Shown in pieces: positions 51,345 to 64,000 of a DNA stretch of 64,000 nt; position 1 is the stretch's first letter, and every line of letters starts with the position of its first letter. A program made the position numbers and the translations under genes. The notes beneath the pieces are model-generated. The model made no database searches and was not told where the DNA came from. It was given only the letters and a program-made list of their open reading frames with translations. Origin of the DNA: Chrysomallon squamiferum (Eukaryota; Animalia; Mollusca); the NCBI GenBank assembly GCA_012295275.1, contig CM022667.1, positions 8,866,001-8,930,000 of the forward strand. Reading direction: 5' to 3'.

Positions 51345-54300
51345 GTATTTATTTTTAACTTGAAACTCCACCTAGGGGTACTAGAAAGAACCGCCAAAAG
51401 CCAGGTAAATCATATTCTAGAGTGCCGAAAAAATATCATTTATTGTCCAGTAATTTTGAGAAAATATTTTCAAATTGGATATGCCTCAAATAAAGTGCAT
51501 TTTCTGTACTAACTCCTGCACTACAAGGACAGGTGTTACCAAACATTAGAACTCTGACAGAAACAGACACATCTCATACCATCAGTGTAACCACAAATTA
51601 TTTAAATACTCAGTTTTCTTTCCTCTTTTTCTGATCACTATGGTAGAAACAGACAAAGCTCATGTCATGGGGAAAATATTTTATACAATCTAAAACAATA
51701 ACTAGAGATTATTTTTCAGCTCACTGAAATCATTTTAATGGTTTCCATAAGTACAAGGCAAGTCCAAATCATGACCATCACAGCAGCCACAAAAGGTACT
51801 CGACAGATTAATTAATTTAATTAATTTTTTTAAAAATATAATTAAAAATCTATGACTTACCAACAAGGACAATGGCAATGCTTTCTGGTAGGTAGTGGAA
51901 CCGTGTCTGGAGAAGCATATGAGTAAGCAGAATACTTATTGCTGGAATAAAAAGAAAAATCATAATACAACTTTGCAGCAGAGCAACACTGTCATGTGCA
52001 GTCAAGCCAGATCTGAATTATCAGTCCACTTCATCATAGTGCAAAATGTCTCTCTGTGTGAAAATCACTCATTTATCTTGAGTCAAAGATCTTTCTAAAC
52101 GAATTTCACATATAGTATAAAATGATGTATGCTAATTTATTACCATACTAATTCCACATGAATAATAAAAATCTGGGTTGCATTTTCACAGTGTAAAATG
52201 AGGGTTGCATTCAGTCATTAATCACTGTATGGATTTCACATGTACTGTAGTCTAAAACATGAGATGTACTTTCAGTCATAGGTCAACGTTACATGTTATG
52301 GTAAAATTACTCTCTCTGTGAAGTTCACATAATAAGAGATAATAAACTGAGAGTTATATAATTTCAGTCAGATTTCAACACTGTAAACTAAAATGTTTCT
52401 CTGTATGACTTTCACATATAACTGTAAAATGTTTCTGTGTATGAATTTCACATATAAACTGTAAAATGTTTGTATGATTTCATATAAACTGTAAAATGTT
52501 TCTCTATGAATCTCAAATATAACTGTAAAATGTTTCTGTGTATGAATTTCACATATAACTGTAAAATGTTTCTGTGTATGAATTTCACATATAAACTGTA
52601 AAATGTCTGTATGATTTCACATATGCTGTAAAATGTTTCTCTATAAATCTCAAATATAACTGTAAAATGTTTCTCTATGAATCTCAAATATAACTGTAAA
52701 ATGTTTCTCTATGAATTTCAAATATAACTGTAAAATGTTTGTCTGTGTGAATTTCACATACAAACTGATGGTTATATATTTACTATCAGTATTCAGCTGA
52801 GTATAGTGTATATTTTCTGTGTGTATGAATTTCATAGACTTCGCAAAAACCACTGCTTGTACTTTTGATTATTTTTTCTACTATGTTTTTTTTTTTAACA
52901 CCAATGAATTTCACCTATTTTTCAGTTTTTAATAATCTCACTAGAACTGCAAAGCTGATAGATCCAACCAGTGCTATTGATCTGGTTTCTCAATGCTTTG
53001 TTTTGTTTTTTGATGAAAACAAAAGACTTTAAACAAAAACTGTATCAGCTGCAGTTGGAAGAGGTGAAAGGTATATCTACATCTAGCCAAGTATGTCCAG
53101 CGATTTTAATGTGTGTGCATGTATGTGAGCATGTATATGTGTGTATAAGTGTGTGTGGGGGTGTGTGTAAAATATTAAATACACTTCAAATAAACATTGT
53201 TTTTAATTTTCCTAAGTACAAATCAATAATCTTTCTGACCAAGGAATAATTATGTGAATAAAATGCTAATAATAATATTTAAAAAAAAAAGGAAACACAT
53301 GATAAAATTTAAATTTAAAATCAATAACTAACAAAATTAACTATTCATTATCAAAATAATAATAATAATAATGATAATGCTGTTCAAAAAGGGAAAAAGA
53401 AAATAAACAGAATTAAATTAAAATTTATGATCAGTAAGTATAAAAATGAAATATTTGTTAAATTTTTTTTTATTAATAAATAAGTATAAAATGAATGAAT
53501 GATCTGGTTAACTAGAAAACAAAAGAAACTTGAAATTGTAATGAACCCATTTCTTTAACTCTACCAAGATAACTAAATAATTATTTCTAAAATAATCACA
53601 AATGTCCACAATTATTAGAAGCAGGTTTGTCATGATCATATTTACCACAACTTTTATTGGAGATATACCAATTTTTTTTGAAATGAAACAAATTTAATTA
53701 TTAAGATAGAAATGTAAAACAAATCTTTCAAAACACAAATGAGGCAGAGATCTGAATGACAATAAAACTAACAGCAGTGTTTTTTTAATTTTTTATTATT
53801 ATACTAAATTCTGCCTAATTTCACCTGCTCTTTACAAACTGCAAGCTGCTCATCATTGTAAATAAAGGTAAATAATATTATGTTACTGTGGAAACATAAA
53901 CCGAAACCTAATTGGAAATTATGATAATGGCCAAACTTTCTTGCAAAACATTTGTATTTAACCTTTATCTAGTAATAAAAAAAAAGATATTCATACTGGC
54001 AACACCAGGCATAGGCATTTCATTAACCCAACAAATTATTTTCACCTACACACACATAAAAATGTTGGCGCTTTGTAATATACTAAAACAAAATGATACA
54101 CATTCGACAGCTTGTTATACAATTAAACTGACCCTGGACAATAATTCAATTTCCAAGGATTGTGCAGCACAGCAAATGTTCTTTGTGTCTGAATAGAGCA
54201 AACGTTCTTTCTGCCTAAATAGAACAAATGTTCTTGTGTCTAAACAGAGCAATGATCTTTGTGTCTATATTATAAAGAAGAAATGTCTTTCGTGTCTGAA

Positions 54301-57300
54301 TAGAGCAAATCATCTTTGTGTCTGAATAGAGCAAATATTCTTCATGTCTGAATAGAGAAAATATTCTTCATTTCTGAATAGAGAAAATGTTCTTTGTGCC
54401 TAAATGGAGGGAATGTTCTTTGTGTCTGAATAGAACAAATGTTCTTATGTCTAAATAGAACAAATGTTCTTTGTGTTTGAATAGAGCACATGTTCTTTGT
54501 GTTGAAATAGAACAAATATTCTTTGTGTTGAAACAAAGCAAATGTTCTTTGGATCTAAATGGAATGAACTCACAGGAAAGAGTAGAAGTGTTTTTGAGTA
54601 AATAAATTATAAACAGCAAGCTTTTTTCAAAGTATAATGAGATGAGCAAAATCTTATGTGAAATATTCTTTTTTCTTCAATACGTAAAAACACCTACATG
54701 CATATTAACATAAAGACTGCTTTATATCTGTTAGTTAACTTTTTAGCTAAATGTTATGTGTGTATCTTGATTATGATTATGTATATAAATATACTATATT
54801 TATATACGCTCTATATGTCAATATTTATTAAATCAAAGTCTACCATTCTTGAGATGAACAATTTTGTGTTTTTTTTCTTGGCTACACAAGTCTTTGAACC
54901 CAGAAAAGAAGCAGTCCAACTCTACAGCATTCATACCAAATCCTGATTATAATACGTGTTGAGTGAAAGTTCTATCGCTATTAATTTAACATGAGCATAT
55001 AACTTGGCTATGTGCATCTAGATTTTTGTTCTTAACCATCCTAGGAAAACAATTAGCTTAACACTATCCTGATATAAATTTATATTTTCTGAAAAGAAGA
55101 CATCTTGATAAAATGTGGAATCATCATGGTCTTATTATTTTACTGTACAAGAATTTATTGTTAGCAAAGTATGGTCACCAGTTAAAAATAAAACAGTAAT
55201 TTGAAACAATACAGTTATGCCTGCTGAACATTCCTGCAAAGGTAACTTTAACGAAGGACTGTCATCCAGGTAATACATTATATGTTACTATGGAGACATA
55301 AACCAAGAAATTTTAATGACAGAAATGTCCAATAAAAAAAATTAAAAGAATTAAAAAATAAAACCAGGTATTCGATTACCACGGAGACACATACCAACAA
55401 CCAAGAGAATGAAGAAAATTGTCAGACTGCTGTGACGTTCCTCTTCTGCAGAACCTTTTTCTGGCAGCTCTGCTTCCTTGTCTTTAGCTATTGTCGTGGA
55501 AACGGTAGTTTTGGTAGCATTGGTCAATAATGCAGGAAAAATACTGGAGAAATGAAAAAAAATAAAAATAATAATAAATTAAATTTAATAATATCAAAAA
55601 GAAACAAAGCAAAAGCAAAATCAGTGAAGAATATCAAAAACTTGAGGGTGTTGTTATTGCGGTGGGTAAATTTTCTTCAGAATATAACAAAGTTTCATTA
55701 TAAAAATGACATAGTTTGTATCTGGTAACACTCCTTTGAAATAAATAATAATAAGAAGAAGAAAAATAAAAAAAGGAATGATGATGATATGATGATATAA
55801 ATGGTAGAAAACACTGATGAAATTCTCTGTGCTAATGAAACAAATAATAATATGGTCATACTACCGTATTTTCTCAGCATATTTCATATGCGGATTTTGT
55901 GGTGTTTGAACAAATATTTTAGAAATACCTAGAGTGATAACAATAACAGTAGTAGTAATAACAATGATGGTAATAATAATAAGAAGAAGAAGGAGAACAA
56001 CAGCAACATCAATTTTTTTTTTTTTTTTTTTTTAATGAATGCAGTAGATTTAAAACTACTGGACTAAGTACAATGAACTCACCTCTCTGAATTATCACTT
56101 TTCTGCACAAGAATGAGATTAGTTAGGCAAAACAAGATTATTTTGAAAATTTGTGAACTAATCACACAACTGCCATACAGTAACATGACGAAGTGTGTAA
56201 CCAAACAAGTAAAATATCACTCACATATGTCAGACTTGTTTCTAAGCAGTTAAAGTGCAATTATAGCAATAAATATTGTAATATTCAGTGTGCATTAATA
56301 ACTTGAAAAAATATTCATAAATATTAACACATGAACTGAAATAAAAAAAAGCCATTTGAATGTTCTAATTAAAATACATGTACATATTAATTAACTTTAT
56401 TATAATAATTACATAAATTTTAATAAATATAGTTCTAATTTTTTAATTATTATTATTATTATTATTATACCTGTAGAGAAAGAAAAACAAATATACGTTT
56501 TATGCATTTCATATTTACGGTTTTATTTTCAGTCCATTTGTCCTTCATTCTTTCAAATCTATTTTTCAGTCCTTCAGTCTTTGTATCTCACTTCTCTTTT
56601 TCAGTCTCTATTTCCTCACTCTCTCTCTCTCTGTCATTACATAATTCCGAGTACACATTACGTTACAGCAGAATGGTAAAAACACATGTTGACAGTCAGA
56701 AGATTCAAGTAGGCATCATGGGCCAGCTTTTCAGCCAAGAAGATTCCACTGAATGATTACATTAGACATCCATTTCAGTAATTAATTCAGTGAAATACAA
56801 ATGATCAAAATTCCTCAAAAGTGGTTTAAGTAAACAAAGACAACTAATGATAGGAAAATAAACTACAACAATTCTATAGCAATTGCTCTCAAAGATTATT
56901 TAAAAAAATACACCTGAACAGTAATAATAAACAGACTGATGAACCAAACATTTTCTGCTTTTCTCACACAGAAATAATTTTTCACGACTCCAGGGAAGCA
57001 GATATTAGCATCATTCATTCAACTGTGACAAAAATGTGTGGCAGTGTGCCTGTGGGTGTGAGTGCATTAGATATCTAAATAAATTAGCAATATATTGCAG
57101 TCGTTATCAGGGTAACAATACATTTTAATTATTAACATGTTTTAAAAACAGTTGCTCTTTATTATTTTCAATTATATACCAGTCCAACATTATTGAATTA
57201 AAAAAGTTACGTAAAAAAAAAGAAGAAAGAAATAAAACTCAATATAAAATTATTTATATATAGATATATTTTTTTTTCTTGTGTTTTTGTTAAAAACAAC

Positions 57301-59637
57301 TTAATAACAAGCAACAGCTGTTTACAATCATGTTTTATTGTATTACCCAGCCAACACAAAACTCTTGAACAGTACAAATAACAGCCTAGATTAGGTGATA
57401 CATTTCTGTAATTCTCTGAATGTCTTTTATAATTACACATTCTAGACATCTTACTCTAAAACAATAAGAAACACGGCAATGATTATATTGACTGTAATCG
57501 TTTTGCTGGCTAACATTTTCTGTTTTCTTTTTGTTTCATCCTGACATTATGTCACATTTGTAAGAGAAACTAACAAAATTGTAGTGACACAATCATAGTG
57601 TAAAAGAGGCTATGTATACATGTTTTCTAGTTACATTATTTTAAACTCTTATTATTAGTAAAAGTTGGTTTGTTTAATGATAAAAAAATAAAACAATTAA
57701 ATAAAGACTAAATAATGTTTTGAAGGCATTATGGTTATTATTAACAATACTGTTATTATTTCCCGAGGGACAGACAAGTTATCTCCAGTGTTATAGAAAA
57801 AAGAGGCACAATGTCAATAACCTTTAATGATGCAGACTAAAATGGTTTCTTGAAAATGTAGCAAATGTATTTAGCTATTTTATATCTGGTTACATATAAA
57901 GAGATTGTTATAATTCAATATATTCTGACTGCTAAATACTAAAGATAAATGTGAGAAATTAAAACTACAACTGTTTAGAGGTTACTGATTTGGTAGATAT
58001 AAAAATCTACACCAACTACTTTCTAACTCACTAACATTCTAACACTAATACTGGTATTCAGGATGATAAAAAATGTCCAGGATTCTGTTAACATCATTAG
58101 ACTTGCATATCAAAACTTTCCCAAACTCAATTTAATCATCAAACTGAAAGATTAACCTACTGCAGAATACGTATTTGTTAATTATATAAAATGTCAAAAA
58201 CGGGCCTAGCCAAGCAATCATTCATTAACACAATTTATGGGCATAGAAATCTTTCTAATTTGAGCTCATCAATAAATTGATTAAACTGACACAAGGTAGA
58301 CAGGACTGCGACATGTGCTGTCAATGAGGTTTCTTTCATTAAGGGAAGATCCATGATTTCAGAAGATGCAGCGTGTGCAGCCACTGCAGTGTATGTATTG
58401 TTCAGGTTTCAGAATAATGGTTGATAAAAAAAAGATTAAAAAATTAAAAACAGGAACAACAATCTCATGGCTTTTTTTATTTTAGTAATTAAAACAATAC
58501 ATTGTCAGACAGTTCCACTGCTGTTACTATTTTTTGGCTATTTTTAATAATATTTTATAAAATAGACATCAATCTTTGCTAATAATAAAGTTTGACAGTA
58601 ATAAAACAAGTCTGATAAACTTATTTAGTTAAAAGCTAATTTAAAAAAAAAAAAAAATTAAAAGACTGACATTACACAGTAAAGACAAAAAACAAAACAG
58701 GTAACATTATCTGTATTTTTTTTAAACACTAAGAGGTGGGCTCAGTGATTTGGGTGAGGGGCAATGGGTAACAGGATTAATTCCCCTTAATACATCTTTT
58801 GATTCATTTCCCACTAAGTAGTAAGTTGTGATATATGCATTCTCACATATAGAATATACATAAAAGAGATTCTTTAGATGATGAAAAAGTGTAGTGCACT
58901 GTTTGATGATGTCAGGCTTCTTCTCTCATTAACTGCATTCTCTGTGATAGTTTATATGATGTGTATAACAGATTAAAAAAGTGTTTTGAGTCAATGAGTG
59001 TTGTCAAAAAAAACCCAATATCTTTTTGTGATATAATTTCTTTTATTATAATAATTAATTATTCTCTACAAAGAGTTTGAAAGGATGTTTTGTTTCTTTT
59101 AAAGCTTATAGAACAGCATTTGATAAACCATCTAGGGGCATTGACTATTGCTGGGAAACACTGCACATGTTAACAGAAGATACAACATTTATGATTTAAC
59201 AAAAATGTATCGGTCAACTCGTCTGCCATTGAGCTTGTTGACTGCGTCATCCTTCTAATCCTTTCAGTTTTCCTGAGGAAACGTGTGGAAGGGTCAAACA
59301 AATTAACTCAAGTGACTGTGAATATTATTATTACGATATTTTAATTATTTATAAATTAAAAATTAATAAATTACCTTGCATTAGAAGAACTATTAGCCGC
59401 CGTTAAATTATTTTCTGTCAGCGTCTTCACACTTGTGTTTTCCTTTGCCCGAAGTGTTACCATAAAGGGCTCGGGTGGCGTAAACCGTCTTTTTTGTTTT
59501 TCGTGGTAAGTGTTGCTTTGTTTCTGAAACCCATTCGGCGGATCCGTTACTGCTTCGACATTTGGTCCAAATGGCAACTCACAGAAATTGATAACCAACA
59601 CTGCCACCAAACCAGCTAAAAGAGACCCGTACTTCAT
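43006..59637 (-). CDS. SLC9A8: Sodium/hydrogen exchanger 8 (NHE8), ~654 aa, 16 coding exons
   Basis: Exons 59637-59375, 55543-55395, 51941-51861, 50641-50592, 50154-50071, 49317-49216, 48927-48749, 48609-48471, 48026-47921, 47577-47461, 46987-46905, 46475-46364, 45994-45852, 45066-44986, 44545-44402, 43137-43006 (TAG); phases consistent. NHE8 signatures: [116 protein letters not shown]. Confidence 0.96.
43140..43705. repeat. Compound (AGT)n/(AAT)n higher-order microsatellite in the last NHE8 intron
   Basis: Units such as aataacaataatcatagtaacagtagtagtagtag repeated about 8 times. Confidence 0.9.
45120..45725 (-). repeat. About five degenerate tandem copies of the 3' half of NHE8 exon 13 plus its donor
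   Basis: Copies near 45125-45195, 45258-45325, 45376-45445, 45520-45580 and 45660-45715. Two translate to [16 protein letters not shown]|gtaaaa and [16 protein letters not shown]|gtaaaa versus the true exon [16 protein letters not shown]|gtaaaa. Confidence 0.85.
47722..47786. repeat. (GT)n microsatellite
   Basis: Direct inspection. Confidence 0.95.
48027..48470 (-). other. U12-type (minor spliceosome) GT-AG intron of NHE8
   Basis: 5' splice site GTATCCTTT; branch-site-like TTTCTTAAT about 10 nt upstream of the CAG acceptor. Confidence 0.9.
50185..50570. repeat. Degenerate ~31-bp intronic tandem repeat (attctagaaacactttcagtaaagt...)
   Basis: Recurrent ttctagaaac...ttttcagt motifs filling NHE8 intron 4. 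Confidence 0.7.
52380..52770. repeat. ~31-35-bp minisatellite (aactgtaaaatgtttctctatgaatttcacatat), about 11 copies, degenerate flanks to ~52100 and ~52835
   Basis: Direct inspection. Confidence 0.92.
54170..54565. repeat. ~27-bp minisatellite (ctttgtgtctgaatagagcaaatgtt), about 14 copies
   Basis: Direct inspection. Confidence 0.9.
58730..59015 (+). mobile_element. Degenerate SINE-like element with tRNA-like head
   Basis: Head ggctcagtg...ggattaattcccctta resembles Pol III A/B boxes. Core atacataaaagagattctt...gaaaaagtgtag and tail gtgttttgag...gtgttgtcaaaa are shared with 6816-6995 and 61540-61835. Confidence 0.4.
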
Positions 59638-59669
59638 CCTGACAGGTATGTTAACAAGCACACCATTTC

Positions 59670-59885
59670 ACAACGGAACAGAAACTGTTACGGTTAACTG
59701 TTGTTTTTACAACAACCATGCTTGGTTTATAAAAATAACAAATGACGATACTCCAGGCTGGATAGGAAGAAGCGCCGGAAGTTGTGAGTTTGGCCTCGAT
59801 TTCAATTCAAGGTGTCTGCGCCCATTCAACTGTTCATGCTGCCTGATGGTTCCGTTGTTGTTTTTATTTTCGAGAAAGTTTGGTA
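59670..59885. promoter_or_regulatory. Putative bidirectional promoter shared by SLC9A8 and the Mpv17-like gene
   Basis: Locally CpG-rich, with ETS/GABP motif CCGGAAGT at 59775-59782. NHE8 ATG at 59637 (minus); plus-strand donor TTG|GTAAAA at 59883 is a plausible end of a non-coding Mpv17-like exon 1. Confidence 0.6.
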
Positions 59886-60532
59886 AAATATGATTAATTA
59901 TTTGGAACCGATGCATCACATTTTACTGTTAAGAACATTTATTGAATATCGGATTTTGATATTACTTTTGGCTAAAGTTGCAAAATAAACTGGTGACAGG
60001 CGGAAATATTTTTTAGGATGTCCCTTATCTGTCATATTCAACGTATTGCCATCATTGTGATTATCATGATTTAATGATTATGATGTAACAGTACCAGAGT
60101 ACGGATTAGTGTATCGACATTTATAGTCATACAAATTATGAACGTTTTATATGTAAAGTAAAAGCTACAGATTGTCATTTATATTTTAATTTTAATTATT
60201 TTTTACAGTTTTATATTCAGATGAAGTTTTTAAGTGTTATGACTAGTCTACTGCTGTTGATGTTTTCATCAGTTAATCCGTTTTTCATTGATAAATGTCA
60301 CTCTCGGTGAATATGCAATAAACAAGATATTCCATGTATAAATATAAATTATACGTATTTGGTTTCAGTTTTATTTTTCATTTAAAAACCTTTATCGACT
60401 ACAGTCCTGGTTGTACATTATAATTATACTGCATAAAAATAATGATTAATTAAGAAAAACTCAGCTGAGCTGATTTCCAATTTTTAGTTGTCAATGAAAT
60501 CAAATAAACTTTTTAATTCTTATTCTTAGGAA

Positions 60533-62607
60533 ATGGTGCTGATATTCAAGACAAGACCTCTGCTGAATACCATGGTAACATATGCCATAGTGTGGACAGC
60601 ATCAGACATCAATGAACAGAAACTAATATGTCGTAAACAGAAGCTTGATCTGTGGAAAACATTTCGCATGGGAGTCGTAGCAACGTTTGTTGTAGCGCCT
60701 CAGGTTTTTACTTGGCTGAGAGTAGCAGAAAAACTGTTTCCGGGAAAAACGTTTAGAACTGTTATAAAAAAAGTTGTTTCAGAACAGATTCTGTTTACAC
60801 CAGCAGCTATTTTGTGTTTCTATGCAGGTAAAAAAAAAAAAAAAAAATAAAAAAAATAAAAAAACATTTTTTATATTCATGTAAGCAGTGTTAAGTAACT
60901 GAAATTCTTCTGTTTTAGCAACACTATCTTCTAATATCTTACAATGTTTTGCTTCTTTATTTCTTTTGTTTCTAAACTTTACAGTATCAAAGTGTGTAGT
61001 CTGTTACTAGTGGTGGTATTGATGGTTATTGTAGTTTTCATCTGCATGCAAGTAAACATATGACTGATGTCATAGACTGATACTTGTACCTAGTGTTATC
61101 AAATTATTTAACTGCATTCAATAATATGGATGTCTGGTTATTTTTGAATTAATATTGAAAAACTGTTCATGAACACTGTAAAGCACAGCAACACAATTGG
61201 TAATATCTCTGGGTTACGAATATCTGGAAATATTTCAAAATTTAAATGGATGATATATAGACAGGAATTATTTCATTCTTCTTTAACAGCCTAAGTTTGA
61301 AAACGAAATACTGATATGTATATATATTTTAAAAATGTCCAGCTTAATGTGGAATTTATTGGCTATACCTAAAATCAACGAACATTTTTTTGTATTATTC
61401 CTTCTTTTTTACTTTTACCATTTTATATTATCAGCCACAAGTGTTTTGGAGAAAAAAGATCCAGTGAAAGAAATAAAAGCAAAATCTCTAAAAACATATG
61501 GAGTAAGTACATACAAATCTACTTAGTAAATCACACATCACTGGTTACGCATTAATCTTGCTTGTGATCACTATAGGATCTATTCCCACCATAATACATG
61601 TATATTTTTTCAAAACATTGCTCCATAAAAATAACTCTTCTAACAGGCCGCGGTGTATCCTAACTAGATGATATTCATATAAAAATATCTTGCTGTTATC
61701 AAAGCAAAATGAACAGAAAATAATGAGAAAAGTTATCTATCCTTGTCTGAGATGATATTGACTGGGGGTGTTAGGTCATTACAGTGGCAGTTAAGAAATG
61801 TTGAGTCCACCATTTAATAAAATATTATTTTCCTTTCTATTACTGCTTCTGCTACTTTATTATTAGTAGTAGTAGCAAATGTAGTAGTAGTAGTGATAGT
61901 AGTAACAGTGGCAGCAGGAGTAGTAGTAGCAACAGTAGTAGTTTTAGTATTATTAATTTATTAGTTTTTAACTTTCTGAGCTTTATGTTTAGAACAGAAC
62001 ATTTTAACATTATTTATCAAAACAATGCTTATATAACATTTCACAATTTTAACACTGAAGTTAACAATGTGTTTTATTTTATATTATTTTATTTTATTTT
62101 ATTTTATTTTATTTTATTTTATTTTTTTATTTTATTTTATTTATTTTTTTAAATTTTAGACTGGTTTAATGTGGTGGCCATTTGTACAGTCAGTAAATTT
62201 CAGATTTGTGCCTCATCAGTATAAACCAGTGTTTGTGGCAGGAGCATCGTTTATCTGGAGCAACTTCCTCTCATTTATGAAAGAAGATCACATTCACGTA
62301 AGTTTAATTTTTAAATACTGCTGATTTTTGTATTACATTATGCTTAAATAGATCCAAGCAAGAAACTTGGTAATTTGATTACGTTACCAGTAGATTCAAG
62401 TAAGAAAACCAGTCATCCATTATGTTACCAGTAAGAAAACCAGTCATCCATTATGTTACCAATAGGTACAAGTAAGAAATAAAAATTGTGATGGTTTAAT
62501 CATTATTTAAGAGGTTAATATATATTTTTTAAATGTATTTTTTCTAATGCCTGAATATAAAGTTGATAACTGCAATTTGTTTTCTTTCTTTTCAGCGCCA
62601 TTCCTGA
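60533..62607 (+). CDS. Mpv17/PMP22 family membrane protein (~170 aa)
   Basis: Exons 60533-60827, 61435-61502, 62160-62297, 62596-62607 (TGA), phase-consistent. Family motifs RPLL..MVTY, SD..EQ, D..KTFRM, KKVVSEQILFTP, WWPFVQSVNFRFVP, FIWSNFLSF. Confidence 0.9.
62383..62476. repeat. Short intronic direct repeats (31-bp unit gttaccagtaagaaaaccagtcatccattat)
   Basis: Direct inspection. Confidence 0.8.
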
Positions 62608-63948
62608 ATTGAGGATTTATATTGGTGCAAAGGAGATGGCTATTTTACATCTCCTAACAGTGTATGATTTTTACATATTTCAAAAGTAATTGCATTTAAT
62701 ACTATAGTGAAAATGATGCTTTTTAAACACACAAGAATTTTTTTAAGCATTTTGTGACAACAGATCACTAACTGTATAACCTAAATATTTAATTTTAAAC
62801 CTTTGATAATTAGCATTTTACCATTGATAACATAAAAAGAATGGTTTGCCGTTATATTCAAAGGGAAGCTACTCTGTTTTTTTTGAAACCTTAAAAGATT
62901 AAGTAGAATGTTTTTAATCAATCCTTTTATTTGACTTTGTATATCACGTTGTCAAAAATGTCAAAAAAACCAAAAAAACCTGTTTATTATTTCAAAAATA
63001 TTTTCATTTGTCTGTATGCTTACACTGCAAATTATTTTAAAATATTTATGGATGTAAGTAATCATGAAAATATATTAAAAGTCTTACATTTTTTTAATTA
63101 AATAAATATATTTGTGTTGATTGTGTATAGTATAGTATAAATATAATATTTTAAGCATATAGTTTTTCTTTTTATTTTTATTTCATTACTTTTATTAACT
63201 TTATTTCTTATTTTATTTAAAATGTTCAATATTATTGCTGTGTAAATATGCCTACTGCATATTAACTTGGTTAGTGGTGTTTACATTACATGTGCTGAAA
63301 TGCAACAAAACGTTAGATATTTATTTTTATCTACATTTTCATTATTCTCAAACAGCTGTGCTTTCATGAGTTGTTTTTATATTTTGTTTTCATTAACTGT
63401 AATGCAAAGAATTTTCTAACATCATCATCATCATCGTCATTACTATTAGTTATTATTACCATTACTATTATTTTTATTATTAGTTTCTAATACTCCTATA
63501 CCATTATCACCATTTATTATTATCATTATTATCATACCTGTTCCTGTTATTATCATTATTGTTGTCACTGCAACTGTTATCATTAACATCATGTTTTCAG
63601 TGCAATATTGTCAAACATTTTATGATAAAATTGTATAAACATTGTTATCAATTTAATTGTTATTGCATTATTTGTAATATATTAATAATCACACATGTAT
63701 ATATTTGTTGTGTTTGTAAATGTGTGCATGTATTGGTGCCTGGCTGTTTGGATTTTGTGGAAATATGTCCATCTGTCTGTGTGGATTTTGTGTGTATGTG
63801 TATATAAGCATTAATCTTCATCTTTTCTCTATAAGAAAAGTGATCCTGCAATTTTAATATCGTATTTTAGTTCTTTCTATATTCTTTATGTCAAAAGCTT
63901 CATCTGACAAGACTACATTTTGTTATTTACTATTGAATGATACACCCC

Positions 63949-63983
<35 letters not shown>

Positions 63984-64000
63984 TATATATAAACCTTTCT

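Noticed and set aside
52380-54565. Regularly spaced ~27-35-bp repeats resembling a CRISPR array
   Set aside because: Head-to-tail minisatellites with no unique spacers, inside a eukaryotic intron, and no cas genes.
59638-59661. ORF-track start of NHE8 at 59661
   Set aside because: That codon is GTG; the first in-frame ATG is 59637, directly followed by a signal-peptide-like segment.

Overview
AT-rich, intron-rich animal genomic DNA, probably molluscan (inferred from SINE-like relics; not provable here). I reconstructed five genes by hand from splice sites and exon phases. (1) Minus strand, <51-10652: a NO VEIN (NOV)-like gene with a sacsin-type GHKL ATPase and an N-terminal LOTUS/OST-HTH-like domain; it runs off the left edge and has an apparent +1 frameshift at about 4106. 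Its promoter, non-coding exon 1 and the start of exon 2 are triplicated in tandem (10611-16464). The two upstream copies carry an extra 116-codon LOTUS-like segment that is precisely absent, in frame, from the copy attached to the gene body. (2, 3) Two tandem paralogous coiled-coil genes (18308-24205 and 27142-33948) with identical downstream exon sizes but independently expanded coding repeats in the first coding exon, plus an inverted relic of a third copy (about 35215-35490). (4) SLC9A8/NHE8 (43006-59637, minus, 16 exons) with one U12 intron, two GC-AG introns and intronic copies of its own exons. (5) An Mpv17/PMP22-family gene (60533-62607, plus), head-to-head with NHE8. Also present are RTE-LINE, gag-like and SINE-like relics and many mini- and microsatellites. 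The best candidate for a new system is the LOTUS-NOV locus with its stand-alone LOTUS cassettes.
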